A DNA stretch of 63,460 nucleotides, the filler included, from Olpidium bornovanus S191 (lineage: Eukaryota; Fungi; Olpidiomycota), in assembly GCA_017911155.1 (NCBI GenBank). It is 30 parts of 30 records of this genome, joined end to end, with 100 filler letters (N's around TTAATTAATTAA, not from the genome) between each part and the next. Parts side by side here need not be neighbours in the genome. Positions count along the whole stretch, not along the records: positions 18,385 to 21,396 come from JAEFCI010006949.1; positions 21,497 to 26,396 come from JAEFCI010006434.1; positions 26,497 to 28,566 come from JAEFCI010001804.1; positions 28,667 to 30,087 come from JAEFCI010012985.1; 26 more parts are not named here. One strand, given 5' to 3'. Positions 21,144 to 29,490 of this stretch are shown one piece after another; position 1 is the stretch's first letter; each line of letters begins with the position of its first letter. Under the pieces are notes generated by a model that had not been told where the DNA came from, did not search any database, and saw nothing but the letters and a program-made list of their open reading frames with translations. The position numbers and the translations under genes were made by a program.

Positions 21144-21281
21144 CTGCGGCGGAGGGCGAAGTGCGGGCGCGGCGGGGGGCGAAGTGCGGGCGCGGCGGGG
21201 GGCGAAGCGCGGACGCGGCGGAGGGCGAAGCGCGGGCGCGGCGGAGGGCAAAGCGCGGGCGCGGCGGAGGGCGAAGCGCGG
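21144..21281. repeat. GC-rich 23-bp minisatellite x6 (GCGGCGGAGGGCGAAGCGCGGGC consensus)
   Basis: Six consecutive 22-23 bp units read directly, with no spacers. Confidence 0.85.
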
Positions 21282-21396
21282 TGTCGGCGGTAAAGCCGAC
21301 GCCGCAAGCAGGTCGAGTTCGAGCGGCAGAGAAGGCAGAGTCGGCTTCGGGCCCGCAGGGAGCTCTGGACGAACCGGTTGATAGGCGGCTCGCGCG
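21276..21396 (+). repeat. Dispersed ~120-bp repeat, copy 1 (copy 2 at 22749-22870)
   Basis: gcgcggtgtcggc...aagccgacgccgcaagcag..cga..cgagcggcagagaaggcagagtcggcttcgggcccgcaggg.gctctgg.cga.ccggttg.tagg is shared between two different contigs. Confidence 0.9.
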
Positions 21397-21496
21397 NNNN
21401 NNNNNNNNNNNNNNNNNNNNNNNNNNNNNNNNNNNNNNNNTTAATTAATTAANNNNNNNNNNNNNNNNNNNNNNNNNNNNNNNNNNNNNNNNNNNN

Positions 21497-22740
21497 CATG
21501 CAGGCTTGGAGGAGCCGCGACCGCAACTTGAAGCGCTCTCTGCAAGATCACGAGGAGCGCTATGAGCGACTTGCGTCGTTGCTGGACCTGATTAGAGTTG
21601 CAAACCCAGGCACAACAAAGGAATTCGAAGTGAACGAGAGGAACCGGTTTTTCGGGGCATTTTTCTTTTTTTCCAGCATTTGTCTGTCTTTCCAGCATTT
21701 GTCTGTCTTTCCAGCATTTGTCTGTCTTACCAGCATTTGTCTGTCTTTCCGCCTGGAAGACCGCTGGTGCCAATTCTCGTCCAGTGTTTATGACGGACGC
21801 GTGTCACTTGAAGGCAACAGACAAAGGCGTCTATCTTAGCCTGTATGCAATTGACGGCGAGCGTCATCTGGTCCCAGTTGCAATTGCAGTCGTCCCAATC
21901 AAAAACAAAGATCATTGGACATGGTTTTTTCACCACCTTGTTACTGCTCTGCCGTTTCTGAACTCCCCGGAAATTTGGATCATTAGTGATGGTAAAAAAG
22001 TATGCCAACAGCAATATTTTGCCAGTTGATAATGCTCTTTCTCATGCTGACTTTCGATTGTCGTCCTTCACAACGTTTAAGACAAGGTTGGGCGGGAAGA
22101 TTTGGGCAGCGGCAAAGGCGCCTACTCGCGAACAATTTGCGGCAGTTATGACCGATGTGAGAAAGATGCACCCAGCCGCTTACGAGTACCTGGCTGCAAT
22201 CTCGCTGGCGGCATGGACATTCCCCCATGCCCCCCATCCGCGGTTCAGGGTTCTCACATCAAATACGTCAGAGGCCACAAACTCCTGGATGCTGGAAGCG
22301 CGGAACTTGGAGCCATTTGAGACGTCTTCCAGAAGTCAACAGGCCTTCTGTTTGAGCGGAAATGCAAATATTCAAAGCTTGAATCTCATCTTCCGCCTTC
22401 TACAGTGCAAGTCCTCCACCAACACACCACCAAAGCTCAACGACAGCAGACAACGTAGACCGACAATTTTGTGTTCTGTTTGACAAGCAGTGATCAAACT
22501 TTGTCTCGCATTGCCAAACCCACAGAACGTACATGTTCTTGCGGCGCTTACCAGCAAGAGCAGCTGCCTTGCGCGCACGCTTGCACCAGGGTTCTGCAGA
22601 CTGGTCGCGACATCAGCGAGTTTTCACACATCAGCTACTCCATTCAAGCTCTATGCAAGATTTATGAGGAATCTATTGTTCTTGAGGAATCTATTGTCCG
22701 GGGCTATGTGCGCCTTCTTCTATGGCGATCTCGTGGCTGA
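21497..22740 (+). mobile_element. Mutator-like (MULE/MuDR) transposase pseudogene with SWIM finger
   Basis: RPVFMTDACHLKATDKGVYLSLYAIDGERHLVPVAIAVVPIKNKDHWTWFFHHL...WIISDGKK (MULE domain); LTSNTSEATNS; RTCSCGAYQQEQLPCAHA (SWIM). Several frameshifts and stops. Confidence 0.92.
21671..21746. repeat. 19-bp tandem repeat x4 (TTCCAGCATTTGTCTGTCT) inside the MULE ORF
   Basis: Units at 21671, 21690, 21709 and 21728 (last has one T>A). Confidence 0.95.
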
Positions 22741-22748
22741 TGTCCTTG

Positions 22749-22870
22749 GCGCGGTGTCGGCGACGAAGCCGACGCCGCAAGCAGATCGAATCCGAGCGGC
22801 AGAGAAGGCAGAGTCGGCTTCGGGCCCGCAGGGGGCTCTGGGCGATCCGGTTGGTAGGTGGGCTCGCGTG
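22749..22870 (+). repeat. Dispersed ~120-bp repeat, copy 2
   Basis: Same sequence as 21276-21396 with scattered substitutions. It begins where MULE homology ends. Confidence 0.9.
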
Positions 22871-23339
22871 TCGCACTCAGACCGACATCAGTAGCGCTAC
22901 GACGTGGCCTCGAACTCCTCTGCAGCCGGCGCTGCACGCGAAAGGACGAGGAAGGAAGGAAAACAGAGAGCAGCCGACGCTGCTCGACCCGTAGCGGCGG
23001 CCGACGCCTCCGCTCGAACGGGACCAAAGGTGAATACGACGCTTGAACAAGTCCGACGGCTTTGTTTATTTCGAAGCGAGCGGATCGGCTATGGTAGGGT
23101 TTTGGGTGTTTTGCGTTGCGAAGAAAAAAAAGGGGTGGCGAAACCAAAACACTTCGAACAAGTGGACGGCGTCGCCGCACGTGACCCCGATAGGCAAAAG
23201 TAAAAGGCGGGCGCAAGGGAGCGAAAATAATGCAAGAGAGCAAAAAGTGCAAAGGGGCGAAACGATGCAAAAGGAGCGAAGCCGGAGGGAAATCGAGGGG
23301 AACGGGGTTCGAAGCTAGGGTAATCGAAGTCGGGGTCGA

Positions 23340-23870
23340 TGTCTGCCAAAGGCCATTTTGGGCGCTGACAGCGGGCTCGCAGGATGTTAACGGGAGGTGG
23401 AGTAGCTGGGAACATGTCCTGGTATTCTTTGACTACCTTCGTGAACCGTCCGTCGATATCTCGAGGACTTTCTAGGTCTTCGACGCGTCCTTCGACGATG
23501 GTTGTGACAGTTGCTACCTTGCCTTGTTGTACTGCATTTCCCGGCTGCTGTTTGGACATAACTGTGTGACGGTGCCAGCCGTCCAGTCTATGATGGGATT
23601 TTCGTGGCGCAGCCAGCGTAACTCCAATAGGATGTGGGATGTTACGGGTGCTACCAAGGATTCTAGAGTGCGCATGGTAGTCCCTGTGCTGACGTCTATA
23701 GTTGCGTATTGATCTGCTGTAGCGACTGATCCTTGTGCGTATTTTAGGAATTTGGTGGCCCCCCTTCGTAACGGCATGTCTATCTTTTTGGCGACGTCAT
23801 CGAAGACCAGGATTCCAGTACAGCTGCTATTGATGATAGTCACCGCTGGTATATCGTCTATAGCCACATC
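23340..23870 (-). pseudogene. Ty3/Gypsy aspartic protease and pre-RT linker remnant
   Basis: DVAIDDIPAVTIINSSCTGILV (catalytic D.G replaced by N.S)...ILLELRWLRHENPIIDWTAGTV (LG..WL...NP.IDW..G motif), then after a frameshift VVKEYQDMFP. Confidence 0.75.
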
Positions 23871-23886
23871 TGTTGCGCATCAAAAG

Positions 23887-23959
23887 TGGGCCGACCGAGG
23901 GTCGAACTCAAGATTATCCTTTCCCAGAGGGACGCTCTAACCAACTGAGCTATCTGCCC
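23887..23959 (-). tRNA. tRNA-like sequence (pseudo-tRNA, GGG at anticodon position) in TRIM 3' LTR
   Basis: GGGCAGA-TA-GCTC-AGTTGGTTA-GAGC-G-TCCCT-CTGGGAA-AGGAT-AATC-TTGAG-TTCGACC-CTCGG-TCGGCCC-A. A box TAGCTCAGTTGG and B box GAGTTCGACCC present; the anticodon stem is broken. Confidence 0.7.
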
Positions 23960-24122
23960 TATTCACCAGGTGTCTGGCTTGCCCTGCAAAGCTATTCCAA
24001 CACCCCCCCTCGAGCCAGGCATCTCAGGCACTGCTGTTAGTCAATGGGGCTCGGCCACCCGCGCAACCACAATCGGAGGAACAAAGTCACGATTGGGCTC
24101 ATAATCTGTTGCACATCAAAAG

Positions 24123-24196
24123 TGGGCCGACCGAGGGTCGAAACCGGGACCTTCCCTTTCCAGGAGGGACGCTCTAACCAACTGAGCTATCTGCCC
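24123..24196 (-). tRNA. tRNA-like sequence (pseudo-tRNA, TGG at anticodon position) in TRIM 5' LTR
   Basis: GGGCAGA-TA-GCTC-AGTTGGTTA-GAGC-G-TCCCT-CCTGGAA-AGGGA-AGGTC-CCGGT-TTCGACC-CTCGG-TCGGCCC-A: a 74-nt cloverleaf with a perfect anticodon stem, but C33, T53 and an A5.G68 mismatch. Confidence 0.75.
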
Positions 24197-24203
24197 TATT
24201 TAC

Positions 24204-26396
24204 TGTCGCTCTATGCCATATATATAGAATTTTACGAGCTCAAATACAAACAGCTACCGGGCGGAATTCCCAAACACAAGCAAAAGGGTATGAGCCTAAC
24301 GCGGACAGCGCCCTGCCCGTGAACGCTCCCGACGAGCGCACCTCCACCCCCGCTCCCGAAGAGCGAACCATCCTACCATCCTTCCCCCCTTCGGGAGCGC
24401 AGCAACCATCTTTCACGCGACCGCCACCGCGCCATCCTCTACGCCGCGCGAATTTCCTTCCACCATCCCTGCGCCGCCGCGCAGCCGCCATACCCTCTGC
24501 GCCGCCGCGCACTTCTCCGCCGCCGCTGCGCGCCCGCCGCCTCCACCGCTGCGCGCCCGCCGCCGCGCGCTCACCCCCGCCGCTGCGCGCCTGCTACCGC
24601 GCGCTCGCCCCCGCAGCTGCGCGCCCGCCGCCGCGCGCTCGCCCCGCTGTCGCCGCCGCGCGCTCGCCCCCGCCGCCGCGCGCCCGCCGCCGCGCAACCG
24701 CCATCTGCGCCGCGCTCACGAAGAGTGCGCAACCGCCATCTGCGCCGCCGCGCAACCACCAACCTCCTTCCGCTGCGCAGCCCGCGGCATCCTTTCGTCG
24801 CGCAGCCCGCGACAATGCCCTTACGGCAAAACAGAGGACAGCCCCGTCCTTCATCTCGTGACCACCATGACCCGAGACGAAGCTTCCGACGCCGCCGCTG
24901 CGGCACGCCGATCCCCGTCTACCGTCCGTTCTGGAGCGGAGGTGAGTGCCACTCCGTTGACTACACACCTCTTTGCTGAGGCCGGCAGCGCCGGAGAGAA
25001 CAAAAAACAAAACGCGCCAGAAGGCGCAGCAAGGAGAGGCACCGCCTCTGCAGTTGCCACAGAGAGTGACTGCGCTGCCATGCTCGAAGCACGACTAGAG
25101 GCGCTAACCAGAGAACGAGAGGAAGAGAAAAAGGAAGCACGCATGCAGCTTGAAGAGCAGTGCCTGCATATAAACCAGCTCATCTCCATGTTCCAGCGGT
25201 TTTTGTCAGCGCAACAGACACAGTAACAGGTACATTCGAGCAGACGAGAAAGCGAGAGGATCACAAGAAACAACCAGTCACTCTCCGACAAGGAGCACAC
25301 AGACGAAGTGGAATCCGTGGCGTCGTCGTCCGCTGCTCGGGAACCACGAGAAATACAATGCGAACAACGCGAACACCTATGAGCTCCGCGGGAACTACAC
25401 CCACGAGCATTCACAATACGGGACCCCGACGTGGACCTGCAACCTACAACGCAAGGTGCCATGCCAGCTGCGTGGCAAGTCAAACAGCTCCTTGCAGACG
25501 TGCCGAAGTACGATGGAGGTGGTGCCGATGCACTACAAACGTTCATTCCCAAGTTCGACACATACGACCGGAACAGTCATGGCCTTGTGACAGACGCCAT
25601 GAAACTTGACCTCGCTGTCCAGAAACTACAACGCCAAGCGCATAAATTGTGGCTCACACATGAGGCGAAGCACCTGATCGGCTCGCCTGAACGCTGGACA
25701 ACCTGGCCACAACTGCGAGAGGCTTTGCGTAAACGTTTCCTTCCGTCAAATTACCTGCGTGAACTGCGCGAGAAAACTAACCAAAATACATTTCTCGAAG
25801 TTCAATTCTGTTTCTGCATACATTGATGCGTTTAACACCATATACATGCAGCTCCCAAATGTCTGCGAAACTGACATTTGCCTCCTCACGCAATTCACCG
25901 TTGGTCTCCCATCATACATTCAGGAACGGTTTGAGTATTTGAAGGCCTCCGAAACAATTGACAAAGCACAGAATGCTGTGATGCGCCTCGCCAAACACGT
26001 CACTTGGCCCAACTTTACAAGTCACACGCATTATGCTGGCACAATGCCGACGAGTCCCACCAATACGACCCCGCCGACTGGCCGCCCTCTCCCGTGCACG
26101 GCGACCGCTCGCCTGATCTGGCCGACCCCGACGTTCCTCTTGACGCCGACAAGGATGACATCTACGTTGTCGACCGTATCACCGATCACCGCTATGATCC
26201 TGTGCAAGGCTACTCCTTCCCCATCAAGTGGAAAGGATACGCTCCTACAGACAATACTTGGGAACCACACGCAAATCTTTCCTGCACGGCCAAGCTCGAA
26301 CAGTATTTCCGACGCAAGCTTCTCCCGTTTCCCCCGGAACTGCAGCATGCGACAGACTCAGGCACAACCGACTTGGCCAACTCCTTCGCCTTGTCC
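24204..26396 (+). mobile_element. Internally deleted chromovirus (Ty3/Gypsy): probable LTR, gag, then integrase tail and chromodomain
   Basis: Gag frame from 24858 with stops at 25224 (TAA) and 25380 (TGA): VPKYDGGGADALQTF...WTTWPQLREALRKRFLPSNYLRELRE / LTKIHFSKFNSVSAYIDAF...QFTVGLP..IQ. Immediately after comes DPADWPPSPV...YVVDRITDHRY...FPIKWKGYAPTDNTWEPHANL (chromodomain). Candidate LTR 24204-24814 (TGTCGC...GCGACA) is tentative. Confidence 0.85.
24460..24720. repeat. Imperfect GC-rich minisatellite (GCCGCCGCGCGCTCGCCCCCGCCGCTGCGCGCCC-like units)
   Basis: Recurring gccgcgcgctcgccc and gctgcgcgccc blocks. Confidence 0.7.
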
Positions 26397-26633
26397 NNNN
26401 NNNNNNNNNNNNNNNNNNNNNNNNNNNNNNNNNNNNNNNNTTAATTAATTAANNNNNNNNNNNNNNNNNNNNNNNNNNNNNNNNNNNNNNNNNNNNCATG
26501 CTTTGAACGACGCCGAGGAAACTTGCGTGTCAAACTTAGCTAGTCCCCCCGAACGATTGTTGCCCAAGGAACACCACGTGGATGTTTACAGGTTCTTTTT
26601 TTTTCGCTGGAAAAAAAAAACCCCCTGGGGAGA

Positions 26634-26745
26634 GGGAAAATAGTGGGAGGAAACGCGGAATTGGCGTTGTTCGACAGGGGACTCTCAAAGGGAAAATAGT
26701 GGGAGGAAACGCGGAATTGGCGTTGTTCGACAGGGGACTCTCAAA
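26634..26745. repeat. Perfect 56-bp tandem duplication
   Basis: gggaaaatagtgggaggaaacgcggaattggcgttgttcgacaggggactctcaaa at 26634-26689 and 26690-26745. Confidence 0.95.
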
Positions 26746-27237
26746 CTTGTCTGGTACCCGGCGATTGATGTTCGGCGTGGACCCTTCTGGGGAAACTCGA
26801 ACACATTGGCGGCCAATGTGAGGTGTCCGCAACAACACAGTTTTTGAGGAGCCACCGGGAAGGGCTGGGCGCGATGGTTGATGGGCGGAAGACGCCGTCC
26901 ATTTGGACATTGAGCGTTATTATCCCTCCGGCGTCGGGGCAAAGCACAAAACCATCGCTTTATTATCCCTCCGGATGTGAAAACCCCATCGGCGAAATTC
27001 GGACGGTGCGGCCAAACCGGAGCGTGACCCATGTGCGGCCCTTCAGGAGAAATTTCCGGCATAAATTTCCTCAGCGAAACCCGGACAGAGCGGCCCAATT
27101 CCGAACGTGGCCCTTGTGGCGCTACAATAATTTCCGAAGTGAAATTCATCCATCCGAACGAGGGGTGGGAGCGCCGCGCGGAAAGCAAAGCGTTTTTGCT
27201 CCGGCGTCCTTTCCGCCCTCAGCGGAACTCGCAGTCG

Positions 27238-27244
27238 TATAAAA
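27238..27244 (+). promoter_or_regulatory. Putative TATA box
   Basis: TATAAAA about 110 nt upstream of the ATG at 27347, followed by a pyrimidine-rich leader. Confidence 0.5.
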
Positions 27245-27346
27245 CGCGTCCGTGGCTTTCTGGGGAGTTCTGCAATTCTACAAAACAAATTTTCCTCCCG
27301 CTTTTGTCTCTCCTATAATATTTTCCTGTTCTTTTTCTTGTCAATA

Positions 27347-27721
27347 ATGAAGTTGGCTGGACTTGCTTCTATCGCCGCCACGCTGGCCGTGGTTTTCACC
27401 TCGTCGGCAGTCGGTCTTGACAACGGGCAAGTGATCGAGATCTGCCAAGAAGGGCCCACTGAAGAATTGTGGCAGAGAGTCAGGGTCTTCGGAAACGACC
27501 CGACCGGCGCTCAGCAAAGCCAGGTCTTCCCTCTCTCTGGCGGATGCAACGTCCTCGGCGGATTCCTCTGGGTCGGAAGCGCTCAACTCTCGTTCCGTCA
27601 ACAATTGGGTGATCCTGATTTCGACTCCCCGATTACCGATGTTCAGACTTACGAGATTCCGAGGCAGCATAATGGTGCCACCTTCCGCTGTGACCCTGTA
27701 AGCAAGCCGAGTGAAAACTAA
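27347..27721 (+). CDS. Small secreted protein (124 aa), intronless, unknown family
   Basis: MKLAGLASIAATLAVVFTSSAVG-LDNGQVIEICQ... has a classic signal peptide (K2, hydrophobic core, small-residue cleavage site), 3 Cys and no TM segment. Complete ATG to TAA. Confidence 0.8.
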   Translation: MKLAGLASIAATLAVVFTSSAVGLDNGQVIEICQEGPTEELWQRVRVFGNDPTGAQQSQVFPLSGGCNVLGGFLWVGSAQLSFRQQLGDPDFDSPITDVQTYEIPRQHNGATFRCDPVSKPSEN

Positions 27722-27778
27722 GCCGACGAAGAAGAATCCGGCCGGGGGGGCGATAAGGTAAGCTGCGGAAAAGAGAAC

Positions 27779-27814
27779 CAACCGTTCAACCGTTCAACCG
27801 TTCAACCAACCGTT
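27779..27814. repeat. 8-bp tandem repeat (CAACCGTT) x~4
   Basis: caaccgtt caaccgtt caaccgtt caac caaccgtt, downstream of the secreted-protein stop. Confidence 0.85.
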
Positions 27815-29279
27815 GTGAGGATAACCAACCTTTCGTCGTCGTCGCTATTGTCGGGGCCGAGCTGCTGGCCTCTCGTCCGCGGCTTTCATTTCCTTTCATT
27901 TCATTTTTTTTATTCCCCATCCCAATCACTTTTTTTTTTCGGAAGGATCCAGCCGTGGGGTCCGTGATCCCGTGAGGCATAACGTCTGCCACCAACTCTC
28001 CGGACATTGAGGCGACAATGCATTTCGTTGCTGACCGCCCCGTCACAGGTCCAGAAGTCCTCATTGCGACGGTTTGGGCCCCTGAGGCATTTTGACAGCT
28101 GGATCGGGTTTTTATCGGGATTTTGCAAGGTGCGAAACGCGTCGATTAACACCTCTCCGGATACCACGAAAATCGCGACGGAGACCTCCAATCTCAACAA
28201 AAACCTCGCCCGCGTTCGGATATTATCGATGTCGACGTTCCGTACCGAAGTCCCCAGTGGCAACGCCCAACGGCCCTATGTGTTAAGTGGGACAATAAGG
28301 GAATGCCGCACCGGTCATTCATATTAAAGTTCGAGCCCTCCTAATATAACGCGTAACGGCAAAATCCGGAAACTCTCTGCACAAGGTCATTAGCCGACCG
28401 AACGGTTTCTGTACGTGTTGCCAGTTTTTGTGCACTTCTTCTGCTCGGGAACGCACTTCAGGTGACCGGTTGGAGGACGGAGCCCGCCACCCTTTTTTTT
28501 CTTCTTCCCCTGGCTTCTGGCTTCGGCGGAAATTGGCACGCGGCGCGTGTTTCGTTCCCCGCCATGNNNNNNNNNNNNNNNNNNNNNNNNNNNNNNNNNN
28601 NNNNNNNNNNTTAATTAATTAANNNNNNNNNNNNNNNNNNNNNNNNNNNNNNNNNNNNNNNNNNNNCCATGCGAGGCGACCGGTGGTAGCAATTGAGGAG
28701 AAGGGCGCGGCCTTCGTGTAGTGCTGTGAGATTTTTCTCGGTGTTTGTCGCTCCGAAGCCCTTCGCGGTACTCGCCCCGCACACATACAAGGATGAGCTT
28801 AGCATCATTGGGAAACTCTTGCTGCATAGTACACATTTCTTCAGTGACGTAAAGGCTAATTATCTGGGATTGGCGGCGGCAATATCAGCGTGGCAGAGTA
28901 TTATTTGCAGTTCTAATATGGGACTATTATCTGACGTCTCGTTCCGCTGAATACAAGCCCTTAACTGCATTTGCACCAGAGCAAGGCCGCCCGCCGCCAG
29001 CAATGTGCAACACACTACATCATTACAGTTCAAAGCTGGAACGACAGCGGTTTTTCGTTACTGCGTGTTTTCTGCGGGGGGTTTTTTTTTTTTTTTCGCC
29101 CCGGAGGGTCCTCGCCGGCTGGGCTGCGGGCCGCGCCAAGGGGTGTGTCTATGTGCATTTCCCCTCCGACGAACGCCCACAGCTCAGGGCGCAAGGGAGC
29201 GGCAGTCGTTGTCATCTTCTCTTTCTCTGAGCGCGCGTGGCATTTTACTGGTAGCAGCGCGTAGAGCAAACGCACGAAG

Positions 29280-29324
<45 letters not shown>

Positions 29325-29490
29325 CCCGAGGAGGAAACGGGGGCGGGGGGGGGGGGGAGGGGGAAAGCCCGCCTCTGCGGGGAAAAATCCCAGTAACCGA
29401 CGAAGAGGGAAGAGGGGAAGAAGGGGGGGGGGGGCTGAAGAATTTTTTTTCTTTTGCGGGGCTCCGAAGATAACGAGCTCCTCGCCACAA

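Larger units (their letters stand above)
23871..24203 (-). mobile_element. TRIM (miniature LTR retrotransposon) with tRNA-derived LTRs; 3' LTR 24002-23871 complete, 5' LTR 24203-24107 truncated
   Basis: Minus strand: [..GTAAATA-tRNA-like-CTTTTGATGTGCAACA] GATTATGAGCCCA (PBS, 24106-24094) ...104-bp core... GAGGGGGGG (PPT, 24011-24003) [TGTTGGAATAGC...GTGAATA-tRNA-like-CTTTTGATGCGCAACA]. The complete LTR is 132 bp with TGTTG...CAACA termini. Confidence 0.9.

Noticed and set aside
21144-21746. Possible CRISPR arrays (23-bp and 19-bp repeats)
   Set aside because: Units are head-to-tail with no unique spacers, the context is eukaryotic TE DNA, and no cas genes are present.
23887-24196. Two functional tRNA-Pro genes
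   Set aside because: Conserved positions are broken (C33, T53 or disrupted anticodon stem, shared acceptor mismatch), the body is not proline-like, and both sit inside LTRs.
24286-24298. Additional PBS-like strings (GGGTATGAGCCTA here; GGTTATGAGTCG at about 12720)
   Set aside because: Neither follows a CA-ending LTR and neither precedes a Copia gag in the same orientation; treated as chance or decayed matches.
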